Assembly (NCBI GenBank): GCA_937132045.1
Contig: CAKZNX010000162.1
Coordinates: 1 to 49,780 of the forward strand
Source: an uncultured bacterium
GTDB lineage: Bacteria; Armatimonadota; HRBIN16
DNA length: 49,780 bases
Direction: 5' to 3'
The notes under the pieces are model-generated. The model made no database searches. It was not told where the DNA came from and saw only the letters and a list, made by a program, of their open reading frames with translations. A program made the translations under genes and the position numbers. Each line of letters opens with the position of its first letter. Positions within the stretch are counted from its first letter, which is position 1. Positions 1-7,317 of the stretch are shown one piece after another.

Positions 1-923
1 CGCGCGCACAGCTCCGATTCGCGCCCCTCTCGCAGCGCCGCCACGATGTCCGCGATCGCCCGCTCGATGAAGCCCGGACCGTGCACGCCTTCGTTGCCAC
101 AGTCCACCACCTGCCATCTGGCATCACCGAAACTCCGATAGCGCAGGACAGGCGCGTGAGGCTCCATCGAGCCAATCTCTATAACCCCGTCGCTACCGAT
201 AATGCGGTGGTGCGCTCCAACCAGTCGCGCTCCCGCGCCAGTGGAAGCCACGCCCCACACGCCGTTGCGGTACTTCCAGAGTGCATACCCCTGATTCTCG
301 TTGTGTGTACCGAAGACAAGGTTTTCGGTGCGGTAGTCGATCTGCGCGATGACCCACTCAGCGAGGTTCTCGTCGTTGAAGTAGTTGCACATATCGAAGT
401 TGTGCGAGCCGTAGTCGTACAGGTTACCGGCGCCGAACTCCACGCGCACCAGATCGCCCACCACGCCGTCGTCCATCAGCTTCTTCGCCATTCGGAACGG
501 CTTGCCGAACCGACGCTGGTGATTGAATGTCAAACGAACGCCACGACGCTCGCACTCCTGAGCCATCAGCCGTGACGCTCCCCACGTGTATTCCATCGGC
601 TTTTCACAGTGGATTGCTTTGACGCCCGCCACCGCGCAGTCAATCACCAGTTCGGCATGTGTCATCGGCCAGGTGCATATGCTCACGATGTCCAGCTGTT
701 CCTTGTCCAGCATCTGTCGGTGGCTGGTGTATATCGCGGAGATTCCGTATGCCTCCGCGAAGGCTTGTGCGTTTGCCTCAACGATATCCGCACATGCCAC
801 CAGTTCGCAATCCTCCAGCAATCGATAGGCGTCCGCATGGGCGTACGCCATCGCGAATCCCATGCCGCTGGGACGCTCCGGTTTGCGCCCTGTGCCAATA
901 AAACCAACCCGAAACTTCGACAT
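1..923 (-). CDS. Gfo/Idh/MocA-family NAD(P)-dependent oxidoreductase (3' end runs off the window)
   Basis: Not in the ORF track because it has no in-window stop. My reverse-complement reading from ATG (comp. 921-923) gives MSKFRVGFIGTGRKPERPSGMGFAMAYAHADAYRLLEDCELVACADIVEANAQAFAEAYGI...IHCEKPMEYTWGASRLMAQECERRGVRLTFNHQRRF... and stays open to position 1. It shows a Rossmann N-terminus and the EKP motif of the family. The + strand ORFs 81-575 and 609-1274 are its antisense shadows. Confidence 0.85.
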   Translation of the reverse strand, partial: MSKFRVGFIGTGRKPERPSGMGFAMAYAHADAYRLLEDCELVACADIVEANAQAFAEAYGISAIYTSHRQMLDKEQLDIVSICTWPMTHAELVIDCAVAGVKAIHCEKPMEYTWGASRLMAQECERRGVRLTFNHQRRFGKPFRMAKKLMDDGVVGDLVRVEFGAGNLYDYGSHNFDMCNYFNDENLAEWVIAQIDYRTENLVFGTHNENQGYALWKYRNGVWGVASTGAGARLVGAHHRIIGSDGVIEIGSMEPHAPVLRYRSFGDARWQVVDCGNEGVHGPGFIERAIADIVAALREGRESELCA

Positions 924-992
924 GATGTCCTCCCTGTACAGTCGCATTCCGTATTGACTTTGGCTGTGCCGGAGCGAGGTTCCTCTGATCGA

Positions 993-1035
993 GGGCGAGA
1001 AAACAGCCCCTCCCCGGTCTTGAGCCAGAGAGGGG
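993..1035 (-). terminator. Weak candidate intrinsic terminator after the 1054-1959 gene
   Basis: On the minus strand CCCCTC (comp. 1030-1035) pairs with GAGGGG (comp. 1007-1012) and is followed by CTGTTTTCT. The stem is only 6 bp and the loop is 17 nt. Confidence 0.3.
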
Positions 1036-1053
1036 TTGAGGAGAAACTTACCG

Positions 1054-1959
1054 CTAGTCCACCACGAAAATCACCCGATACTCGTTCAGGAAGCCCGACG
1101 TCTCATTGGCTGCCATCAGCAGGCGTACGTCGTTGTCGGAAAGCACGGGGTCACAGCGTCCGGGCGTTCTGGCATACCCGACCGCTCGCAGGATCAGCGG
1201 GTTGCTGCCAGCGCGCCTGTTCGCCTTCGCCTCCTCCAGCGTTTTGGCATACGACACAATGCCCTGTTCGATGACGAGGTCGTGGCTGGCGTTCACCGTG
1301 CCCCATACCTCGCTGCCATCGGTTCGGCGCAGTTTGGGGCTCATCGCGGGGCGGATACCGAATCCGCGCGCATCCACAATCACGCTGGTGTACACGTTCG
1401 ATGCTACCGGTGCCGGTGCAGGAGCGGTCAGTGCAGGAGTGGCAGACCGGGTCACCACCGGTACCTGCGCAGCCGGTTGAGGAGTCTGCGCCGCAATCTC
1501 CGGCATCAGGATACGACTGAGGCTATCCTCGCCGTAGAGCCTCACGGCCATGGTCACTTCCACAGCTGGCGCGCCATTCAGGTTCACTTTCTGCTCGTGC
1601 ACCACCTCCGCACCCTTGACGAAACCGCGCACCTCCGTACGGATGCGCTCACTTTTCGCCTCGAAGTCTTCCGCGAAAGCGGTGGCATCGACACGAACAC
1701 GGTCGGTGACCATCAGCAAATTCTCCAGCGCCGTCATCACGGCGTAGCGACGGGCTTTCAGGTATGCCTTTGCCTTATTCGGCTCGTTGGTGGGGATAGC
1801 GCCCACGCCTTTCGCGTATATTACGCCATATTGCCAGTCGATCTTGCCCTTGTCTCCGATTTTCTCCACCAGCCCCACCATCTGACTTGCTGGCTGGCGC
1901 GATTGCGCCAGTGCCGACGCACAGACCATCACGCACAGCGCGGCTATCCAGTATCTCAT
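1054..1959 (-). CDS. Secreted LPP20/FlgP-like protein with an uncharacterised C-terminal module
   Basis: 301-aa ORF with SD GGAAGGAGG 8 nt before the ATG. Signal peptide MRYWIAALCVMVCASALA/QS. An LPP20-like region (..NKAKAYLKARRYAVMTALENLL..) is followed by a Pro/Ala linker. The C-terminal ~115 aa (SVIVDARGFGIRPAMSPKL...YRVIFVVD) is homologous to the C-terminus of the 3078-4406 product. Confidence 0.8.
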   Translation of the reverse strand: MRYWIAALCVMVCASALAQSRQPASQMVGLVEKIGDKGKIDWQYGVIYAKGVGAIPTNEPNKAKAYLKARRYAVMTALENLLMVTDRVRVDATAFAEDFEAKSERIRTEVRGFVKGAEVVHEQKVNLNGAPAVEVTMAVRLYGEDSLSRILMPEIAAQTPQPAAQVPVVTRSATPALTAPAPAPVASNVYTSVIVDARGFGIRPAMSPKLRRTDGSEVWGTVNASHDLVIEQGIVSYAKTLEEAKANRRAGSNPLILRAVGYARTPGRCDPVLSDNDVRLLMAANETSGFLNEYRVIFVVD

Positions 1960-1990
1960 TGCAGAGACCTCCTTCCGGTTATCTTTGAAC

Positions 1991-3076
1991 TTACCGCAAT
2001 GCCAGACGCACCACGCTCGGCGAGTGCCGAAGTATCACCACTCGTTTCGCGCCCACCTGAAGGCGCAGCAGCTGACGGCGCAGCACGGCTGGTGTCGCCT
2101 TCACCACCGCTTCCAGCACTCCATCGCCTGCCTCCATGCGCTCACCCTGCACGCTGACCACTCCGCGCATCTCTCGCAATTTGTCCGCGAACTGCGCAAG
2201 CGTTCGGTAGTCGGCATTGCGAAGGACAAACCGCACGCGCAACCCATTTTGTAGCTGAGCCAGCCACGCGCCTACCACCTTCTGAGCGAGCGCGCCTTTG
2301 CCCTCATCCACCAGGTCGGTGCCCAGATTCCTCAGCGCCTCGCGTTCCGCTTCCTCGTTTGAATTGAAGCTGATCCCTGCCGCCTCACACCGAAAGGGCG
2401 GAACGATGGTGGCTCCGCTATCCGCCCAGACCACGCGCACCTCGGCAAACGCCTTGCAGGTTCCCACTACCTCCCCCAGCCTGTAGGGAGCGCTTCGATC
2501 GCCAAGACGGATGACCGCTTCTGTGCGCACAGTGCCCAACACCAACACTTCGGGAGGCGTCGTCGTGCCTTCGACGACTTCGAACCCTCGTACGCGCAGG
2601 GCGTGTACGAGCGCAGACGTGGCATGTGGCTCTGTTTGCCGGGTCTCGGCGGAAATCAACCTGACCTGCACCCTCGGACGCTCCAGCGCGTTGTACACCT
2701 CCGGTATCTGCCACAGGTCTTTCACTGCCTCCGTTGTGCCCACCACTGCGCGGATGCGCACCTTCAACAGCCCGCTGCGGGTGTCCCACTCCGGCTCGCC
2801 CAGCATCTCCCAGCGCTTGATGTAGCCGTGACTGCGCGTGCGAATGCTCTCCCACACCACCTCGTAGTCCTGCGCCAGCGCCTCTGCGTCCACCAGTACG
2901 CCCACAGCCTGCTCCACAGCGTTGCGTTTGGCGTCCAGCACCGCCTGCTCGATGCACGCTGCGCGGTCGCTACCGATAGCAGCCATTCCGCTGGCGACAA
3001 CCTCCACATCGGGCTGCGCACCGTTCGCGGCGCCTCCAAGCAACAGCAGAAACAGTATGGCAACGCAAGAGCGCAT
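1991..3076 (-). CDS. Secreted multidomain protein with an LPP20/FlgT_N-like N-terminal domain
   Basis: The track ORF is 1991-3100 (GTG). I prefer ATG at comp. 3074-3076, which gives signal peptide MRSCVAILFLLLLGGAANGA/QP and sits 1 nt after the upstream stop (TGAGATG, stop-restart). The N-domain motif is SDRAACIEQAVLDAKRNAVEQAVGVLV. Length is ~360 aa. The start choice is uncertain. Confidence 0.75.
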   Translation of the reverse strand: MRSCVAILFLLLLGGAANGAQPDVEVVASGMAAIGSDRAACIEQAVLDAKRNAVEQAVGVLVDAEALAQDYEVVWESIRTRSHGYIKRWEMLGEPEWDTRSGLLKVRIRAVVGTTEAVKDLWQIPEVYNALERPRVQVRLISAETRQTEPHATSALVHALRVRGFEVVEGTTTPPEVLVLGTVRTEAVIRLGDRSAPYRLGEVVGTCKAFAEVRVVWADSGATIVPPFRCEAAGISFNSNEEAEREALRNLGTDLVDEGKGALAQKVVGAWLAQLQNGLRVRFVLRNADYRTLAQFADKLREMRGVVSVQGERMEAGDGVLEAVVKATPAVLRRQLLRLQVGAKRVVILRHSPSVVRLALR

Positions 3077-3077
3077 C

Positions 3078-4406
3078 TCAGTCAACCAGAAACACCACAC
3101 GCCACCGCTTCAAGAACCCCGACTGGCTATCTGCCTGCAGGATGCGCTCGGCATCACCAGTGCTGATGACCACCGTGTCACGAGCGCGCCCTGTTACCTT
3201 AACGGCACGCACATACACCGGGTTGTCGCCTGCTCGTTTGCTGTCTGCTTCTAAACGCACGAAATCCGCAATCCCATACTCCTGAATGTAGTCCAGCGGA
3301 GGAACGCTTTTGGCGTCGGGATACAACTGCCTCCCGCTAGAGTCTGCCAGCACTGGGCTCATGCATGGGCGCATCTTCAGTCCGCGCGTATCGATGACGA
3401 GACCCGTCCAGACACCTGGTGCCCGAGGAGCGGCGGTGAGATCGGCGGATACTACCTGCATTGTTGGCGGCGGCGGCATCATTCGCGCCAGTAGCGACGC
3501 CAGCTGTCGGCGAGTCAGAATGTGGTGTCGAGAGGCTTCTGCGATGTTCCGGATGTAACCCTGTTGTAGCGCCTGGTACACGTATGGTCGCGCCCACGCG
3601 GGCAGAAGCGCCAGTGCACCCTCCGCATAAGGCTGTTGTTCAAAGCGTTCGCGAGGCAGACAGAGACGGGTCAAAGCGACCACCGCCCTAAGGCTGGTGA
3701 TCAGGTCACCGCTTCGGGTGGAATCGAACTCGGCGACACCTTCCCACTTGCGTGCGGAAGCAAACCGCGCCAGCACCCTTGCGAAATCTCCCGCACTGAC
3801 CGGCTTGTCGGGCAGGAAGTATCCGTCCGGCGTGCCCAGCATCCAGCCCTGCTGAACCACATAAAGGATCTCAACTTCGTCTTCCACATCTGTCAACTTC
3901 AGCTGTGCGACACTCGGTCGGCTCTGCCCAGGCTCGAGAGAAGCCAGCTCCATGCCGGTCAACCGCAGGTGAAGGCGGTTCGCCAGGTCGCCAAGCAGGT
4001 GGTAGAGGTCGGTCAATTTGCCCTGCACGTTCTCGGCGCGTCCGCTCATCACCTTGCCGGTGCGCACGTCCACCATCCGCGCATTGACCACAATCTGGTT
4101 GCCACGGACGTAGTAACTGCCCACGATGATGGCGTCCGCACCAACCAGTTTGCCCACCCGTTTCACCTGCGAGGGCTCTGTTAGACCGGTGCTCTGCAAA
4201 CGCAGCTCCCGCAGTGCCTGTCCCAGCTGGGCGCGCTCCACCAGTGTGATCCGGTCGGACTTGGCGAGGTCAGTTCCCAGTGTCTCGGCGATTTCCTGAC
4301 CGATTTCCACCGGTTTGCCGACGAAATCAGCGACCGCGATGACCTCACCGGAGGCGACCGCAACTCCCGCGCACAGCAGGTACGCGAGCAACCATAATCT
4401 CACCAT
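3078..4406 (-). CDS. Secreted CsgG-family (PF03783-like) domain protein with SLH-like repeats and the shared C-terminal module
   Basis: 442 aa with SD AAGGAG 9 nt before the ATG. Signal peptide MVRLWLLAYLLCAGVAVA/SG. N-domain: IAVADFVGKP...DLAKSDRITLVERAQLGQALRELRLQSTGL...GKLVGADAIIVGS...NARMVDVRTGKV. SLH-like: QQGWMLGTPDGYFLPDKPVSAGDFARVLARF and PAWARPYVYQALQQGYI. C-terminus: GLVIDTRGLKMRPCMSPVL...WRVVFLVD. Confidence 0.8.
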   Translation of the reverse strand: MVRLWLLAYLLCAGVAVASGEVIAVADFVGKPVEIGQEIAETLGTDLAKSDRITLVERAQLGQALRELRLQSTGLTEPSQVKRVGKLVGADAIIVGSYYVRGNQIVVNARMVDVRTGKVMSGRAENVQGKLTDLYHLLGDLANRLHLRLTGMELASLEPGQSRPSVAQLKLTDVEDEVEILYVVQQGWMLGTPDGYFLPDKPVSAGDFARVLARFASARKWEGVAEFDSTRSGDLITSLRAVVALTRLCLPRERFEQQPYAEGALALLPAWARPYVYQALQQGYIRNIAEASRHHILTRRQLASLLARMMPPPPTMQVVSADLTAAPRAPGVWTGLVIDTRGLKMRPCMSPVLADSSGRQLYPDAKSVPPLDYIQEYGIADFVRLEADSKRAGDNPVYVRAVKVTGRARDTVVISTGDAERILQADSQSGFLKRWRVVFLVD

Positions 4407-4439
4407 GACGGCACGCTCCTTTGGCGTTGCAATACCGCT

Positions 4440-5438
4440 TCATCTGTGACCTGCCGCAGATACAGACGGCTCGGAGGTTGCGGGTGTTATCGCGCGTTGC
4501 ACCTGCGCCTCCAGCAGGCAGAGGAGCTCGGCAAATTGCGCGCGACTGAGGGGTTTGTGTGCCCCCGCCGACAGCCACGTCCTTGCCCAATCGGGTATCT
4601 CCAGAAAGTAACTGCATGGTGCCCCGCTCAACGCTTCTGCGACACGAACCGCCTTGAGGCGATTGACGGCGCTGATTCCTTCGTCTTTCGGGAAGAGGTG
4701 CGCATCGTGAAGGGAATATCTCCGGGCGAATCGGCGCACGGTCTCGTAAAAGTAGCGCTCGCTCACGGTCTCGTAAGGGCGGAAAGAGCCATCGGCAAAT
4801 AGCCGCATCCACCCTTTGCCCAGCACGCTGGCGATGGCGGCGCTTTCGGGCAGGTTTGTCCAGTCGGGAGCAGGATGTGGTGAGGGCGCTCGGGTGTCGA
4901 CAACGACGATGGCTGTCGGCTCTGAACGTGCCGGTGCTGGTTCTGCGAAGCCCGGTAGAGGTTCTCCCGTAAGGCGATGATGCAGACGGTTTGCCAGATC
5001 GTGCGCGAGCGCAAACAGCTCGTCGCTCCACCCTTCGGTGTTTTCCGCTGCTCCCGCGAATAGCGCGCCGGTGCGCACGTCGAGCACCCGGGCGTTAAGG
5101 ATCATTCTGCCCTCGTTCACACTCACGCTTCCCACCACGACATGCGTGGCACCGATGACCCGTCCCGCCCGCGCCATCTCACTCGCCTCGGTCAAGCCCG
5201 ACCTTTGCAGGCGCAGTTCGCTTACCGCCTGACGCAGCTGCGCCCGTTCCACCAACGTGAGCCTGCGCGATTTGGCAAGGTCGGTCAAAACGGTTTCCGT
5301 GACCGCCTGACACAGCGATGGGTTATCTCCGGTGAAGTCCGCGACCGCCAGCACCGGCACCTGGTGCTGTTGCGCGAGTGCGGACATTGCAGACACCAGC
5401 AGAGGCAACAGAGACCAGAAAAGAAGTCTGCGAACCAA
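4440..5438 (-). CDS. Secreted CsgG-family domain protein with SLH-like repeats (paralog of 3078-4406)
   Basis: 332 aa with a TTG start and SD GGGAGGTG 9 nt upstream. Signal peptide ..LLPLLVSAMSALA/QQ. N-domain: LAVADFTGDN...DLAKSRRLTLVERAQLRQAVSELRLQRSGL...GRVIGATHVVVGS...NARVLDVRTG. SLH-like: GKGWMRLFADGSFRPYETVSERYFYETVRRF. Confidence 0.8.
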   Translation of the reverse strand: MVRRLLFWSLLPLLVSAMSALAQQHQVPVLAVADFTGDNPSLCQAVTETVLTDLAKSRRLTLVERAQLRQAVSELRLQRSGLTEASEMARAGRVIGATHVVVGSVSVNEGRMILNARVLDVRTGALFAGAAENTEGWSDELFALAHDLANRLHHRLTGEPLPGFAEPAPARSEPTAIVVVDTRAPSPHPAPDWTNLPESAAIASVLGKGWMRLFADGSFRPYETVSERYFYETVRRFARRYSLHDAHLFPKDEGISAVNRLKAVRVAEALSGAPCSYFLEIPDWARTWLSAGAHKPLSRAQFAELLCLLEAQVQRAITPATSEPSVSAAGHR

Positions 5439-5470
5439 GCTTGCTCACCTCCCTTCTAGGGATAGCTACA

Positions 5471-5499
5471 TTTAAACACCGCGGCAATGTCCGTGTCAA
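5471..5499 (-). promoter_or_regulatory. Candidate sigma70 promoter of the 5438-1054 operon
   Basis: Minus strand: -35 TTGACA (comp. 5494-5499), 17-nt spacer, -10 TTTAAA (5471-5476). It lies ~35 nt upstream of the TTG start. Confidence 0.5.
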
Positions 5500-5524
5500 T
5501 ACGCCTGCGAGGCTGTGTGAAGAC

Positions 5525-5690
5525 CCGTCGCCATCGTGGAGCCGACGACCAGAACCGTTGTAAAAAGCCGTTTGACACTCCTCTCCCCCCCCTCTCCCCG
5601 AAGCGGGGAGAGGTTTCGAACTCCCCCTTCCCGCGTCGAGAAGGGGGTCGGGGGGTAAGGTATGGTCCTTTTTCCTTCACCCTCTTACGG
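5525..5690 (+). repeat. Structured intergenic repeat, copy 1 (two GC-rich hairpins)
   Basis: Aligns by eye over ~150-165 nt with 33067-33230 in the same orientation. Shared blocks: CCGTCGCC, GACCAGAACCGTTG, TAAAAGCC, GGAGAGAGGTT(T/C)CGAACTCCCCC, GAAGGGGG, CTTTTTCC, CACCCTC. Hairpins: CCTCTCCCC-gaagc-GGGGAGAGG and CCCCCTTC-N9-GAAGGGGG. Confidence 0.75.
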
Positions 5691-5790
5691 CTGCTATGGC
5701 GCGGGCTGAGGCAGGAACATAGCGATCCTCTGGCGAAGGCTTTGGTGGTGACACGTGTCTGGCAAGTAATCTCGTCGTGAGGAGGCAGTG

Positions 5791-7005
5791 ATGAACGCTC
5801 AGGAGATTTTGTCCACAGCCGACAGCCGAATCGAGAAAATCCGTAAGGCGGACGTCACGGTGAAGGTGGTCAACCGACAGGGCAGACCGCTCGCTGGCGT
5901 TCAGGTGGACGTGGAGCAGACACGCCACGCCTTTTTGTTCGGCTGTAACATTTTCGGCCTTTTCTCGTATGAGGGGGAACAGCAACGAAAGTACCACGAG
6001 CTGTTTTCCTCGCTGTGGAACTTCGCGACGCTCGGTTTCTACTGGGGCGCGTATGAACCGGAACGCGGACGCACACAAGCTGCGCGGGAGCTGCAGGAAC
6101 GCATTGCCCGGTGGTGCAAGGAACGTAACATCACCACAAAGGGACATCCGCTGGTCTGGCATGAGGTCTACCCGCGTTGGGCGCCGAGTTCTCCCGACGA
6201 AGCGAAGCCACTTCTTCGTGACCGCGTCAGAGAGATCGTCTCGCAGTTCAAAGGTCTGATTGACTGCTGGGATGTGGTGAACGAAGCTACCGTTTCGGCG
6301 CGGTTTGATAACGGCGTCGGAAACTGGATCAAGCGTGACGGCGCAGGCGCGGTCGTGGCAGAGTGTATTGGGTGGGCACGAGAGGCAAGTCCGAAAGCAA
6401 CCCTGCTGTACAACGATTACAACATCAGCGCCGACTTCGAGAGGCTCGTGGAGGAACTCATCCGCCGAAGAGCACCCTTCGACGCTGTTGGCATCCAGTC
6501 GCACATGCACGGAGGCGAATGGACTTTGGAGCGAGCCTGGCAGGTATGCGAAACCTACAGTCGCTTCGGTAAGCCACTGCACTTCACCGAGACCACTGTC
6601 ATCTCGGGTGAGCACGGCTTCATGCGTCCGCGACCCTGGCCCACCACCCCGGATGGCGAGGCAAGGCAGGCGGATTACGTGCCGAAGTTCTACACGGTGC
6701 TTTTCTCGCATCCGGCGGTGGAAGCGATAACCTGGTGGGACCTGATGGACGGCGCGTGGCAGGGAGCGCCTGCTGGGCTGGTTCGTGCCGATCTCAGTCC
6801 CAAGCCAGCCTATCACCGCCTGATGAGCCTCATCAAAGGCAAGTGGTCGACAAAGGACACCGTGCGTACAAACGCCCGCGGCGAGGCAAGCCTGCGCGGC
6901 TTTCTGGGCGACTACAGGGTCACCGCCTCTGGCGCTGCAGGAAAGCGCACGCAGAACTTCAACCTCAAGCGTGGCAAGAACGAGTGGGTGATCCGGCTGG
7001 GCTAA
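5791..7005 (+). CDS. Glycoside hydrolase family 10-like (endo-1,4-beta-xylanase family), no signal peptide
   Basis: Motifs KGHPLVWHEVYPRW, CWDVVNEA, LLYNDYNI, AVGIQSHMH, LHFTETTV and ITWWDLMDG. SD GAGGAGG lies 5 nt before ATG 5791; the track start 5788 is a GTG only 2 nt after the SD. Confidence 0.85.
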   Translation: MNAQEILSTADSRIEKIRKADVTVKVVNRQGRPLAGVQVDVEQTRHAFLFGCNIFGLFSYEGEQQRKYHELFSSLWNFATLGFYWGAYEPERGRTQAARELQERIARWCKERNITTKGHPLVWHEVYPRWAPSSPDEAKPLLRDRVREIVSQFKGLIDCWDVVNEATVSARFDNGVGNWIKRDGAGAVVAECIGWAREASPKATLLYNDYNISADFERLVEELIRRRAPFDAVGIQSHMHGGEWTLERAWQVCETYSRFGKPLHFTETTVISGEHGFMRPRPWPTTPDGEARQADYVPKFYTVLFSHPAVEAITWWDLMDGAWQGAPAGLVRADLSPKPAYHRLMSLIKGKWSTKDTVRTNARGEASLRGFLGDYRVTASGAAGKRTQNFNLKRGKNEWVIRLG

Positions 7006-7255
7006 CGCCGTGCTGTACGCGCTGGTGGTGGACAGTCTGACCTGACCTTCTTCCCAGGCCTCGCCACCGGCGCGCCGACCCCATGCCCCTCAATGCGAGT
7101 TTCCCTCGCCCCTTTCTATCATCGCTCCTTGCAACAGAAGCGTCCTCCGCACGAAACGTTCCGACGTCCAGACAGACCACACTAACGGCAAAATCTTAGT
7201 GTAACTGAGAGTCATTATCAATTTTAGAAAACCATAAAATTTTCTTTAATTGCCC

Positions 7256-7284
7256 TTGAAAACTCCTTCACTATGCTATATAAT
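7256..7284 (+). promoter_or_regulatory. Near-consensus sigma70 promoter
   Basis: -35 TTGAAA (7256-7261), exact 17-nt spacer, -10 TATAAT (7279-7284). It sits inside a ~120-nt AT-rich patch, ~35 nt upstream of ATG 7318. Confidence 0.7.
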
Positions 7285-7317
7285 ATGGATAAACTCGTCC
7301 AATACGGGAGGTCAGCA

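Noticed and set aside
1036-2157. Long ORFs antisense to confidently assigned genes. Examples: 1036-2157+, 5677-6816-, 9183-10340+, 10400-11392+, 11840-12997-, 12636-13583-, 26448-27692-, 28103-28993-, 38040-39008-, 40309-41124-, 41356-42048-, 44912-45664+, 46060-46779-, 47011-47604-.
   Set aside because: Their translations are Arg/Pro/Ala/Gly/His-rich low-information strings with no recognisable motifs. Each lies fully inside a gene on the other strand that does have clear family signatures. Such shadow ORFs are expected in GC-rich DNA because stop codons are rare.
5456-5780. ORFs overlapping the repeat copies (5487-5780+, 5456-5680-, and 32944-33492- over copy 2), considered as possible small proteins.
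   Set aside because: The reading frames are not conserved between the two copies, since indels break them. The conserved features are hairpins, so the element is treated as non-coding.
7190-7310. The AT-rich patch, considered as a boundary of horizontally acquired DNA or a mobile-element end.
   Set aside because: It is only ~120 nt long and is fully explained by a promoter and 5' UTR. The flanking genes have the same GC-rich composition and codon style, and there are no inverted or direct terminal repeats or integrase/transposase genes.
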